This document shows, piece by piece, positions 11,473-21,040 of a stretch of DNA of 64,000 nt. Location: NCBI GenBank assembly GCA_963823665.1, contig CAWGMQ010000005.1, forward strand, positions 864,001-928,000, written 5' to 3'. The number at the start of each line of letters is the position of its first letter. Position 1 is the first letter of the stretch. Origin of the DNA: an uncultured Planctomycetota bacterium (GTDB lineage: Bacteria > Planctomycetota > Planctomycetia > Isosphaerales > Isosphaeraceae). The translations under genes were made by a program, and so were the position numbers. Under the pieces are notes generated by a model, which was not told the origin of the DNA, did not search any database, and saw only the letters and a program-made list of their open reading frames with translations.

Positions 11473-11547
11473 CGCCCTCGATGGGATTTGAACCCACGAT
11501 CTCCACCTTGACAGGGTGGCGAGCACTCCGGGCTGCTCCGCAAGGGC
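11473..11547 (-). tRNA. tRNA-Asp(GTC)
   Basis: CCACC-CTGTCAA-GGTGG; G73. Confidence 0.9.
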
Positions 11548-11992
11548 GTTGAGCTAAATACCTTATTGTCAAAGAGTTTACGGCTTTCCATGAATTCCAC
11601 AGATTGCCATGCTTTACTCCATTTTGTACCCATTTCCTCTGAAAATGGGTACTGAAATGGATACTAGACGACCCCCCTGCCCGCTTCGCTTCGACCGTCA
11701 AACGACAAGGCCCGATGCTTTCGACACCGGGCCATGAGACTGCGCGAGGGATGCAGGACAGGCCGGGCGTCAACAGCGCTGGGGATAGAGCGCGCGGGAA
11801 CTCGCCGAGCGTTCGGCGGACCGCGCCGCCAGCCGATCCAGATCGTTCCGCAAACGCCAGCCGTTCATCTGTGCCTCGCTGTTGGGCCCGTAGGCCGGGC
11901 GGTCATCATCGCGTCATACATCTGAAAGACGCCAACCCCCTCCCGGATGTTCGCGCCCGATTCTGGATTTCTGAAAACGCTCAGACCGGTGC

Positions 11993-12412
11993 CTACGTCC
12001 GCCAGTTGGCCAGCGTGAGCGGATAGCCGAGTTCTTGGATGCGCTGGTAATGTTTCGTGTTGCCGGTGACCAGCTCCAGGCGATGATGCAGGGCAATGGC
12101 GGCAATCATGGGGTCGCAACGGCCTATTGGTCGGCCGATACGATCCAGATCGCCAGCGATCTGTCCGGCCAGGTCAGCGGAGGGTTGATCGAAATTCAAT
12201 ACTTCTTCGCTCGCCACGGCGGTGTGGAAATCTTTCAGCCGCCGGATGCTCTGGTTGTGCTGGAAACCGCGGACGATCTCCATCACGGTGATCACGGACA
12301 GCGTCAACACACCGTTTGCCTGCCGGTACGCGATGGCGTTTTGCGTGACCGTCGGGTTGATGGCTTTCATCACCTCTGAATAGATGTCGGTGTCGAGTAG
12401 TACCCTACTCAC
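11993..12412 (-). CDS. vapC: VapC-like PIN-domain toxin
   Basis: LLDTD..SE, TVMEI, D.MIAAIAL, LVTGNTKHY. Confidence 0.9.
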   Translation of the reverse strand: MSRVLLDTDIYSEVMKAINPTVTQNAIAYRQANGVLTLSVITVMEIVRGFQHNQSIRRLKDFHTAVASEEVLNFDQPSADLAGQIAGDLDRIGRPIGRCDPMIAAIALHHRLELVTGNTKHYQRIQELGYPLTLANWRT

Positions 12413-12668
12413 CAGGGATTTCCCGCCACGGTTCTTCCTGCCGCCGCTTCATGGCATCGGCCACGATCACATCCAACTCGTCGGCAGCTTCCCGCATGGC
12501 GCCAATCGAGCCCATGCCAGCAGAGTTGCGCTGCTGCTGTCCCTGGCCGATCTCGCGGAGCAGCAAACGGGCGGCCTCAGCCATTGCGTCATCGACGGTA
12601 GCGAACCGGCCGTTATGCACCGCTGCCTGGATAGAGCTTTCCAATTCGTGGGGTAGATGGATTGTCAT
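12405..12668 (-). CDS. Antitoxin (RHH/ParD-like N-terminus)
   Basis: MTIHLPHELE...GRFATVDD; overlaps the vapC start. Confidence 0.8.
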   Translation of the reverse strand: MTIHLPHELESSIQAAVHNGRFATVDDAMAEAARLLLREIGQGQQQRNSAGMGSIGAMREAADELDVIVADAMKRRQEEPWREIPGE

Positions 12669-12735
12669 GCGTGAATGTCTCCTCTAGAATCGACCCTAGC
12701 ACCGTTGCCTCGTTTTGCCAAGCGGTTTCGGCTGG

Positions 12736-12795
12736 TTAGATAGTCAGGTATCGCGGGCGACTGCGGTTGATCTGCTCGATCCGTCAGGCAGCCAT
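12736..12795 (-). pseudogene. Possible N-terminal remnant of a GNAT toxin
   Basis: MAA*RIEQINRS directly after a DUF1778-like antitoxin, resembling the start of TacT/AtaT-like toxins. Confidence 0.35.
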
Positions 12796-12808
12796 TGCGC
12801 TAGGCAAG

Positions 12809-13069
12809 TTAGTCCGCGGCACTGCGAAGGACGGTATTCGCTTTGGGCGGGCTGTCGAGCAGTTGAAGGAACTGGTCACGGTCGCGGTCGGACAGCGGCG
12901 TTGTCGTTTCCTCAAAGAAACAGATCTCATCCTCCGGTATGACCACGGCTTTACGGATGCGGATCTCCGTTTCGCTCAGTTGGTCGAGGATGACGGTCGC
13001 GTTGGCAAAGCCTTTGGGTAGACATAGCCGGCCTTTCGCGTCGGTTGACCTGGTTTCCATTTCCATATT
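12809..13069 (-). CDS. AbrB-like/DUF1778-tailed antitoxin
   Basis: TDAKGRLCLP (AbrB-like) and LSDRDRDQFLQLLDSPPKAN..L (DUF1778-type C-terminus). Confidence 0.7.
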   Translation of the reverse strand, partial: NMEMETRSTDAKGRLCLPKGFANATVILDQLSETEIRIRKAVVIPEDEICFFEETTTPLSDRDRDQFLQLLDSPPKANTVLRSAAD

Positions 13070-13249
13070 GCCTCGTCTGCGCTTAATTATGTTGATATAT
13101 ACACAATAGCATATAGTGGGCAAGTGGGATTATCCGGTGATATCGCGGTAAGCGGTGTGGCCCAGTTCTTATCCTGAATGCCATTTTTTTCTTGTTGTTC
13201 CTTCCTTGTTCTCGGACGTTCGATACCTTTTGGGAATTGCTTCGCTGAG

Positions 13250-13717
13250 TTATCCACAGGCTGCTTACGTTAAGTAAGTTAATAATAATGTTTAGGTTAA
13301 ACAGTTAGCTGACCAGCATCCAATTGAATCATCATCCGAATCGGGCAATTCATGCGCCTAATAGGCCGAGTGTTTGCGGCCAATAGGCCGCGCTTGGATG
13401 CGCCTAATAGGCCGTGTATGGTGCGCCTAATAGGCCGCACTCATTCATCGACTGGAAAGGTAAAAAAGAGTGTCGTGCTACCTCTTGTGGCGGCCGATAC
13501 ACTGCGCCTGATAGGCCGTGGAAGCGCTTGCAAGGTCTTATCGAGCGCTGTCCACGTTGTAAAGCTTGAAGAATAGGCTAGAAGGGTCGGTTTAGGCTTG
13601 GTTTTTCAATGATATTGCGCCTAATAGGCCGTGTCTGTGTGCCGTTCTCCCTTGCGTTTGCGCCTAATAGGCCGTGTCCTGACATCCTTTTTCCGGGCAA
13701 TTGCGTCTAATAGGCCG
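13250..13717. repeat. Plasmid replication origin: DnaA box, AT-rich tract and eight 15-bp iterons
   Basis: TTATCCACA at 13250-13258; AT-rich 13265-13305; GCGCCTAATAGGCCG (1-2 mismatches in some) at 13354, 13376, 13400, 13423, 13504, 13617, 13660, 13703. Confidence 0.9.
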
Positions 13718-13722
13718 TACCG

Positions 13723-14652
13723 CTACCCTGCTACTTCGCTGAATTTAATCGATTTCGAGGTAATGCCGCGGGCAACGCGGCGCCGTGGGTTACGCGGTGT
13801 CTCATACCTGGGGTCGTCGAGCGCGAGCTGGTCACGCTTCAGGAAATGGATGACCTCGTCCCCTTCCTCGTTCTTGTGGATGGCCGACGTATACTCCGGC
13901 AGGGAATCCGCCTCGACGACCTTCCGGACATCAATGGCGAAGTCAGAGATTCGCGAGCTGGAGCCGGATTTCTCGTAAAGCTGGCGCATCGTGAACTGCC
14001 AGCCGCCTTGCTGCTGTCCGGCATGTTTGCGGGCAACACGATAAAGCCAGCGTTCGATACCCCCGGTGAGTAGGAAGTAGTCTTCATGGATGGTCAGAAT
14101 GCCGCCTTTCATGACAATGCCATCGAAGAGCCAGTCTGGTAACGTCAGGGTCACCGCAATGGTTTCTCCGGTTTGCTCATCGGTCACTTCCGTCCAGCTT
14201 TCCAGCCAGTGGAAGGACGCGGCTTTTTTCTTGCCCTCGGCACGGATGTTGGTGCGAACGGCGGTGTGGGTGAGCCGTTCGAGCGCAGCGCGGAGCCGCA
14301 AGTAATGCTCGCCTCCGGTCGCACGACGAATTGATTTTAGGAGATTATGCGGGTGGAACTGGATAACGCGGCTCGGGGTCAGGCCGCGGTCGAGGGCCTC
14401 GGTAATCTGGGTGGATGCCCAGATAAGGATGTCGGCGTCCCAAATCGTCGCGATGCCGAATTTCGGGTTGGCTGAAACCTCCACCCAGACGTCGCCTACG
14501 TTGTACTCGATCGGCGCGAAGCGCGGCTTCTTGGCCAGGCTGAAGAACGGCCGTTCCATCGTGTCCCGCTGGTCGCGGATGGGTATATCCGCGAAATTTG
14601 CGGCGAAAAGGTCGGGTTGATGATCGCCCTTGGGAGGGAGCCGTTTTGCCAT
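13723..14652 (-). CDS. repA: Replication initiator protein A (RPA family)
   Basis: MERPFFSLAK, GIATIWDADILI, LTIHEDYFLLTGGIERWLY; adjacent iterons. Confidence 0.92.
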   Translation of the reverse strand: MAKRLPPKGDHQPDLFAANFADIPIRDQRDTMERPFFSLAKKPRFAPIEYNVGDVWVEVSANPKFGIATIWDADILIWASTQITEALDRGLTPSRVIQFHPHNLLKSIRRATGGEHYLRLRAALERLTHTAVRTNIRAEGKKKAASFHWLESWTEVTDEQTGETIAVTLTLPDWLFDGIVMKGGILTIHEDYFLLTGGIERWLYRVARKHAGQQQGGWQFTMRQLYEKSGSSSRISDFAIDVRKVVEADSLPEYTSAIHKNEEGDEVIHFLKRDQLALDDPRYETPRNPRRRVARGITSKSIKFSEVAG

Positions 14653-14952
14653 GAAAATCGTGCCGGTTGCTTCGTTGGGTCGTCTCGCCGGGCACTGCGG
14701 AGCAGAATCTTTTTCCTTAGCGGCACGACAGTGACTCTCAACCGGACATTAGACAAGTAAACATGATGATTCAATTGAAATAACTTATTACCGTGGGGGA
14801 GCATAGGCGAATGGGAACTCGAAGAACGCGAAGCAATTCAGGGAACCCCTCCCCTCGCCTCTTCAGTGGTTTCGGGTTTATTTCAGGTAGTGGTAGGAAC
14901 GAAGCCATGCCTCGACAATCTGCCGTTATACGCGTACGCAAGCATACGGGCG

Positions 14953-15240
14953 TCAGGTGGTGTCGTTATCCAGATCCTTGGTACCGGGCAATCCCCGCTT
15001 GTGAAACACCAGGTCGAGCCCCTCGATGAGGTAATCGTGCATCTTCGCGCGCTCCTCGAAGGCCAGCCGGCGAAGTTGCTCGTAGACGGGAATCTTCAGA
15101 TAGGCTGTCTGCTGCTTTATCCCGGGGCGCTTGCCAGCCTCGGGCTGCACGACGGGCACGGGTGTCGGCGTATCGATCGGTTTGCTCTCATCGACCGCCC
15201 GGGTCATGATCGAGTCAAGCGATGTCCGCTTTTTGCTCAT
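14953..15240 (-). CDS. Small RHH partition adaptor (ParG/type Ib ParB-like)
   Basis: Overlaps the parA end; flexible N-terminus followed by QQTAYLKIPVYEQLRRLA. Confidence 0.75.
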   Translation of the reverse strand: MSKKRTSLDSIMTRAVDESKPIDTPTPVPVVQPEAGKRPGIKQQTAYLKIPVYEQLRRLAFEERAKMHDYLIEGLDLVFHKRGLPGTKDLDNDTT

Positions 15241-15862
15241 AGGCCATTTTCTCCATTTTCTTTACGATCCAGCTCCAGAGCTGCGAAATTTCTGCGGCCG
15301 CCTTCCCTTCCGGATCGAATTCCAGCACGCTAAGGCCGCTGCCGTGCGCGTCCTGGTAGGCAGCCCTGGCGACGATGTGAACCGGGCAGACGATGCCCAG
15401 CATTCCAAGCCCGACCGCCGCTTCCCTCAGTCTTTCCCCACGCGGCGGCGTCTGCGTCAGCACGAACACAGCCTCTTTGGAAAGGCGATTGATCGTCGCC
15501 ACTGTAGGTGGCGTCGCCTTCAGATCAACCGGCGTGGGACGGCAAGGAATGATGCAGAAATCAGCGGTGCGAACGGCGGCTGTGGTCGAGGGCTCGTCCC
15601 GGCCGGGCGTGTCAATCATGACGTAATCAAATCCGGCGGTCTTTGCTTTGGCAATCGCATCCGGCAGCGTCCAGGATTCCAGACGTACCAGACGGGGAGT
15701 TTCCGCTTCGCGGTCCTGATACCAGCCTTCGGCGGACGCCTGCGGGTCGAGGTCGAGTATCAACACCTTTTGCTTCCTCTTCTCGGCGGCAACGGCGCAG
15801 TTCACCGCTAGCGTGGTCTTCCCCGCCCCTCCTTTTTGCGTGACAAACGTGATGATGCGCAT
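15215..15862 (-). CDS. parA: ParA family ATPase (short, type Ib)
   Basis: QKGGAGKTT deviant Walker A, DLDPQAS, IDTPG. Confidence 0.95.
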   Translation of the reverse strand: MRIITFVTQKGGAGKTTLAVNCAVAAEKRKQKVLILDLDPQASAEGWYQDREAETPRLVRLESWTLPDAIAKAKTAGFDYVMIDTPGRDEPSTTAAVRTADFCIIPCRPTPVDLKATPPTVATINRLSKEAVFVLTQTPPRGERLREAAVGLGMLGIVCPVHIVARAAYQDAHGSGLSVLEFDPEGKAAAEISQLWSWIVKKMEKMAYEQKADIA

Positions 15863-15894
15863 AGGGTAACCGCCGTGTCCTTCTATCTATCCCC

Positions 15895-16255
15895 GTCTCC
15901 CGTTACGGCCGTACGACGTTAGCATGGCGTACGGTAGTAACAGCAAACAGGCAAGACGGTGCAATAGCATACGCGTGTAAAGTTGTAAACGTATAACTTT
16001 CAAAAGCACACACCGCGTATTGTTATCCGCGTGTTCGGTTATAAACGTGTGCCCGTATGATTGTGTACGTTTGTCACAGCACGCGGGCACAATAGCACCA
16101 TGTTATACGCGTACAACTGCCTAAGCATATAATTGTCAGTAGTGACCACCGTGTATTGTTGTCCGCGTGTTTTGTTATCAACGTGCAACAGCATAATGGC
16201 GTACATCAGTAATGGCATACTGCTACGATGGCATTTCTGTATACGCGTATACTTG
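15895..16255. promoter_or_regulatory. Candidate par centromere/operator region
   Basis: Non-coding, lower-GC tract upstream of parA, rich in CGTGT/CGTAT/TACG motifs; TATTGTTRTCCGCGTGTT occurs at ~16018 and ~16154. Confidence 0.5.
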
Positions 16256-16289
16256 GGTAACCTTGGGTGCCTTTGCTGCTGCCACCCTC

Positions 16290-16420
16290 CGCTGACCGCT
16301 CTCATACCAGAGGCTCTGCCATCCCTTTTCCAGAGGATACACGTCGTATCCTGGAGCAATCATGCCGGTGTCATGATAGGTTTCCGGGTCGAGTAGGGGG
16401 AATCGCGGCTGGTCGGGCAA
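16290..16420 (-). pseudogene. C-terminal remnant of a second rep gene
   Basis: DPETYHD..IAPGYDVY.LE..WQ..W..SG resembles the C-terminal tail of RPA-family initiators. Confidence 0.5.
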
Positions 16421-17064
16421 GGGGACGGGGCGGCATAGCCGCTTCAGCGACCATCGGGAGCGGGGTTTTGGTCATGGCGAGCCCTTCCTTCTCTCCTTCT
16501 TTTCCCGTTCCCCCGCCGGGGGCGGAGGGGAATAAACACGACATCGCCGCGTACTCGCGGCCACCGCTTAAAACAAACCGGCCATGATTCGGCCCCCAAT
16601 GATACATGGGCCGAAACTGCCCGGAACAAATCATGCACGGAGCGTAGCGACCCACGATCAGGACGCGGATCAGCAGGCGGCATGAACGGCACGAATGCCG
16701 GGCGTGCCGCTTGCCCGTGTCCGACTCCTGGGCAACGGGCCATAGCGCAACTTGGGGTTTTCTGAATATCGCCCCGAAAACCATCATTCCAGAGGTTGGG
16801 TCACGGAAAGAGATTCACGACACGGCCCGCATGAATCACGAAAAGCATTGACGGATGCCGATGGATGTGATTTATCGGCGCGTGTGTAGTCGTTCATAAG
16901 CCCGTCCTTTCTTTCGGGCTTGGGTTATCCGGAGCGGGTGGATGCTTTACTTTGTGGGCATCGCATCCACCGCTCCTTCCTACCGCAACCGCAGAGCAAC
17001 CTCCACAGCGTATATTTGAGGTTTCTTGCATATCCCCGCAAGAACCATCGATCCAGATTCAAGG

Positions 17065-18339
17065 TTAGGCTACCGGGGGTGTCCGCACCACGCGAATTCC
17101 GATTTTCCTTGCCGCAACCTCGGCATCTTCCTCCTTGCGTACGAAATACACCTCGGTGGTGCGGATGTCGGCATGGCCGGCGAATTCCCGCACTTCGTGC
17201 ATGGTGGCGCCATTGCGAATGGCGTCGTTGATTGCCGTCTTGCGTAAGCTATGGATACCGATGCCACGGCTACCCAGCCGCCTGGGGTCGATGCCGGCTG
17301 CCTCGCAATATTTCTTGACCAGCCGCCAGGGCGTCTTGCGGTCGAGGTGCCGCCGCTCCAAACGGAGGCCGTCCGGCGTAATCGGGCGGAAGAGTGGGCC
17401 TTTGCGGTCATCCTTGATGCCTGCGCGCTCCACATAGGCCAGCACCGGCCGCGCTGCGTCGAGCAGGATTTTCCGGCGCTTCTTGCCGCGCTTTTCGGTC
17501 ACGTTGAGGTAATGATCGACGCCGTCGGTCTCCAGATGGCCGACGCATGCGCCCGTCACCGCCGACACCCGGCAGCCGGTGAGGAAGAATAGGCTCATCA
17601 TTGCCAGGTCGCGGATGCCCTGCACGGTATCGGTGGGGATGGCCTCCAGCAGGGCGATGGCCTGCCGCTGGGTCAAGGATGGCGTAGCGTTCTTCTGCAC
17701 GCCGGGGGCTTTGACGGCGGCGATGTCCTGCGCGGTCTCCCACGAGATTAATCGCTTGGCGGCGAGCTGCTCGTAGGCGCCGCGCAGCACCGACAGACGC
17801 CGTGCGACCGTGGCCGGCGTCATGCCGGCCTCGAGCAGGGCGCGCTTGTAGAGCTTGACATTGTCAGCGGTCACGCCTAGGGGTTTCACCCCCTGGGCAT
17901 CCATATGGCGGACGAAATCCAGGAAGTCGCGGCCATAGGCTTTGACTGAGTGGTTTGAAAGCAGTGAATCGCAAATCCACGGAACGAGCGCCGCCGTCAT
18001 TTTGTCGGCGTCGTTCCCGCTGGCCTTGAGGGCACGGGTCAGGAAGGCTCCGACTTTATCCGCGGCTGGCGCATCGCCTTCGAGAAAATCGCTGCGCTCG
18101 GGGACGAGGGGAGGGGCGGCTTGCAGGGCCTGCCCTGCACTTGTTGCGGGGGCCGGAAGCTGGGAATCGATGATGCCTGCACCGGTATTTGTCGCTGCCG
18201 GTAGCTCAGGGCTCAGCGGACCCGCCGCGCCGGCCTGTCCGCCGAAGCCTTGGCAAAGGAGGAAGCCCTTGGGCGAAGGCGGATGCCATTGATCGGGGAA
18301 AATAACTTTGGAGTCGGTGTCGGTGGGCGGTTTAAACAT
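17065..18339 (-). CDS. Tyrosine recombinase/integrase (start codon uncertain)
   Basis: GCRVSA, HSLRKT, GHADIRTTEVY catalytic set; SAM-like N-domain; GGAG precedes ATG at 18339. Confidence 0.9.
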   Translation of the reverse strand: MFKPPTDTDSKVIFPDQWHPPSPKGFLLCQGFGGQAGAAGPLSPELPAATNTGAGIIDSQLPAPATSAGQALQAAPPLVPERSDFLEGDAPAADKVGAFLTRALKASGNDADKMTAALVPWICDSLLSNHSVKAYGRDFLDFVRHMDAQGVKPLGVTADNVKLYKRALLEAGMTPATVARRLSVLRGAYEQLAAKRLISWETAQDIAAVKAPGVQKNATPSLTQRQAIALLEAIPTDTVQGIRDLAMMSLFFLTGCRVSAVTGACVGHLETDGVDHYLNVTEKRGKKRRKILLDAARPVLAYVERAGIKDDRKGPLFRPITPDGLRLERRHLDRKTPWRLVKKYCEAAGIDPRRLGSRGIGIHSLRKTAINDAIRNGATMHEVREFAGHADIRTTEVYFVRKEEDAEVAARKIGIRVVRTPPVA

Positions 18340-18364
18340 ACGCGTTACTCCATATGTTGTCCTG

Positions 18365-18796
18365 CTATTGCGGCCGTGCCGTTGCCTGCAATTCGACGAA
18401 AGGGAATGTCGACACCGCGCGGGCGTGGAAGGTTGGGTCGGCAGTGACCAGACGGGTGGCGCCGGTTTCGACTGCCGCCGCCAGGTAGAGGCAGTCCTGG
18501 AAAGCATGCCGGATCTGGAAGGCAATCGCCCGGGCAGGGAAGATAAGGGCTTCGTCAGGTATGACCCGGAGCGCCTTGGCGGTAAGGTCTGCGTCCCAAA
18601 GGTCGCAGGCTTCTTTCGCCCGTTCGATGGAGAGCTTCTTTTCACGGTAGCGGCGGAGGATCGCGCCGTTGACCTCTATCTGCACCAGGGCGGGAGCAAT
18701 CAGGACGGAGGCGGACGTCAAAAGTGCGGCTGCTTCTTCGGACCCCGGCTCGTTGAGATACCACTTGGCGGCGATGCTGGCGTCGACGACAATCAT
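18365..18796 (-). CDS. vapC: VapC-like PIN toxin
   Basis: IVVDASIAAKW, IEV, DCLYLA, LVTAD. Confidence 0.9.
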   Translation of the reverse strand: MIVVDASIAAKWYLNEPGSEEAAALLTSASVLIAPALVQIEVNGAILRRYREKKLSIERAKEACDLWDADLTAKALRVIPDEALIFPARAIAFQIRHAFQDCLYLAAAVETGATRLVTADPTFHARAVSTFPFVELQATARPQ

Positions 18797-19035
18797 CCGC
18801 GCGCGTCCCGGTCCTCGCGGATCGACGCGGCGCTGTCAGGCAGCAGCCCGTGTTCCTGGGCTATGGCGTGCCGGAGGCGGGCGGCGCGGTCAGCCATCTC
18901 CTGCCTCGGCTTCAGGGCCAGTTCCCGGAGCCGCTCGCGCAGCTCGGCTTCCAGGGAGCGTCCGTGCGACTTAGCCTGCGCCTTTAGCTCGACGATGACC
19001 CATTCGTCCATGTTTCGGACTCGGAGTTCAGACAT
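18793..19035 (-). CDS. FitA-like RHH antitoxin
   Basis: LRVRNMDE...LK..A..HGRSLEAELR...DSAASIREDRD; 4-bp overlap with the toxin. Confidence 0.85.
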   Translation of the reverse strand: MSELRVRNMDEWVIVELKAQAKSHGRSLEAELRERLRELALKPRQEMADRAARLRHAIAQEHGLLPDSAASIREDRDARG

Positions 19036-19370
19036 GACACCTCTCAGAATCTGCTACTTTGTCTCCAGTATGCCTATAACATTTACTTATGTCAATATTC
19101 GAGTTTGTGGAGATTCACGTTACTTTGGACATCTAACCATGGGGCATTGCTGGAAAAGAGGTTGGAACATAAAGCAGATTATGTTCCTATCATTTTTTGA
19201 AGCGATGTGCAAGATTTTTCGGCGGGGGAAGGGGTAAACCCAACATTTCAACCACCAGCCGCAAAGTAAACTTCTAAGCCATTCAACTTTATGACAATGA
19301 TGGTCAGTTTTTCGTGGAATGCGAAAAATCGTAAGCGTCCGATTATAATCTGACGCTTACTTTGAGTTGC

Positions 19371-20330
19371 TTAGGGCTTCTCTCGTAGCGTCGTCGTCGA
19401 AGCATCATCTTTCTCACGCTCACGCAGCGATACCTGCACGAAAGGAGTGACGATCCGCCCGATCCATAGGGGGCCGGCCAGCTCCTCGACACTGAGAAAC
19501 TCGTCACGGTTTTCGTAAACAATGCGGACCTTATAAAGACCGGGCTTCAGGTTGTCGTAGTACCGCGCCGGAGACCCGGATGCGTGCCACGACCTGAACA
19601 TAAGGGTGCGATCCTCCAGCGTGGGCCAGAAGAGGTCGGCCCGGATTGGGAATGTAACGCTCTCTCCGGGCATGACCAAAGGAACATCGGCCGCTGTTGG
19701 CAGACGATGACGCATCGTGACCAGTTGTCCTTCCCACTGGTGTGCTTCTTTGCTGTCCGCCGTCCAAATATCCACCAGGAGGGCGTCGTAGCCGTTGAAA
19801 CGGGAAGATTTGTCGGTGAGGCTACCGTAGCCATTGAAACGGAAGGATTTGTTGGAATTGTTGGTAATCTTCAAGCCCAACTTGATCGAGGAACTGAAGC
19901 CGGGCTTGTTCTCCGGTATAGACCAAACCCGCTCCGGCAGGACGATCTCAAAAGCCAGGCCGTCCTTCTTCACTGTAAGGTCCTCATTATTTGCCACTAG
20001 CGGCGTGCATACCCGTATGTCGCAAGTTCCATCCGGTCTTGTTCCCTTGCAACCTACACTTGTTTTCTGGAACTGGCATTTTACTGCAACCGGCATGCGA
20101 TTCTGTGGATCGCACTCAATTTTATGTGGCCGCGCGAGGTATTGGTCTGCCTGAGGTCTATGGCTCTTATTTTCCAGTAACCATTCGCAGTTGTTGCCTG
20201 CAATGACACAATCGTCATCGCTCTGACAATAGGACCATCCGGGCCATTCGGGGGCCTCCGCCGAGAGCGCAGCCATCGGCAGGGCCAGCGCTGTCAAAAT
20301 CAGGAGACGACAAAGCGAACGTAGTATCAT
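19371..20330 (-). CDS. Secreted hypothetical protein, Cys-rich N-domain plus Ig-like domain (Tn3 passenger)
   Basis: Signal peptide; CQSDDDC; overlaps the resolvase stop. Confidence 0.75.
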   Translation of the reverse strand: MILRSLCRLLILTALALPMAALSAEAPEWPGWSYCQSDDDCVIAGNNCEWLLENKSHRPQADQYLARPHKIECDPQNRMPVAVKCQFQKTSVGCKGTRPDGTCDIRVCTPLVANNEDLTVKKDGLAFEIVLPERVWSIPENKPGFSSSIKLGLKITNNSNKSFRFNGYGSLTDKSSRFNGYDALLVDIWTADSKEAHQWEGQLVTMRHRLPTAADVPLVMPGESVTFPIRADLFWPTLEDRTLMFRSWHASGSPARYYDNLKPGLYKVRIVYENRDEFLSVEELAGPLWIGRIVTPFVQVSLREREKDDASTTTLREKP

Positions 20331-20887
20331 GCTGCCTTCCTCTCGGCGATAACGCGGTAGAGGGTTGACCGCCCGATCCCGAGCTGGCGGGCGGCGCGGG
20401 TTGGCGGAAGCCCGGCTTCGATCAGGGCCAGAGCCGAGCTGATCGTCTCTTCTTCGAGTTGTGGACGGCCAGGTCGTCTGCCCTTGGCGGCGGCGGCATG
20501 CAGGCCATCACGTGTCCGCTCGGCAATCAGCCGACGCTCAAAGTGAGCGATGGCGCCGAAGACATGGAATACCAGTTCTCCGGCGGCGGAGGTGGTGTCG
20601 ATGCGTTCTTCCAGGGACAAGAGGGCAATGCCCCGTTGCTTGAGCATCTCGACGGTTTCGAGCAATTCCCGCAATGACCGGCCGAGCCGGTCGAGCCTCA
20701 CGACACACAGCACGTCACCGTTGCGAGCATAATCAAGCAGGGTGGTCAGTCCTGGACGCTCGAAGGTGCGGCCGCTGATGACGTCGTCGAAGATGCGTAT
20801 TGCCCCGGCAGCCGTCAGCCGATGGCGTTGCCCGTCCAGGTCCTGATCCGTTGTCGATACCCGTGCGTAACCCAAAATGTCTGTCAT
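20327..20887 (-). CDS. tnpR: Serine resolvase
   Basis: GYARVST, RLDRLGRS, C-terminal HTH. Confidence 0.95.
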   Translation of the reverse strand: MTDILGYARVSTTDQDLDGQRHRLTAAGAIRIFDDVISGRTFERPGLTTLLDYARNGDVLCVVRLDRLGRSLRELLETVEMLKQRGIALLSLEERIDTTSAAGELVFHVFGAIAHFERRLIAERTRDGLHAAAAKGRRPGRPQLEEETISSALALIEAGLPPTRAARQLGIGRSTLYRVIAERKAA

Positions 20888-20889
20888 CG

Positions 20890-21040
20890 GTTCCTTCCGT
20901 CTCTTAAACGGTCGTTTTGGGGACGGCTGGACGAATGGTCGCTTCGCCCCTCCAAACCCGTCCCAAAAATATATCCATTTATTCACTTGCGTCCATTTAT
21001 ATTTTGCTCCTTTATGGGACGGATAATCTTGGAGGCCACC
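20890..21040. promoter_or_regulatory. Candidate res site / divergent promoters
   Basis: Between divergent tnpR and tnpA; several CGTC...GACG-flanked inverted subsites. Confidence 0.6.

Noticed and set aside
11566..11571. TTGACA upstream of tRNA-Asp as the array promoter
   Set aside because: No -10 element at 16-18 bp spacing before the tRNA start.
10290..11773. ORFs predicted over the tRNA array
   Set aside because: Shadow translations of tRNA genes.
13354..13717. Regularly spaced repeats as a CRISPR array
   Set aside because: 15-bp units, spacers as short as 7-9 bp, no cas genes; position beside repA and a DnaA box indicates iterons.
18340..18645. N-terminal extension of the recombinase to 526 aa
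   Set aside because: Overlaps vapC in another frame; a better RBS/ATG lies at 18339.
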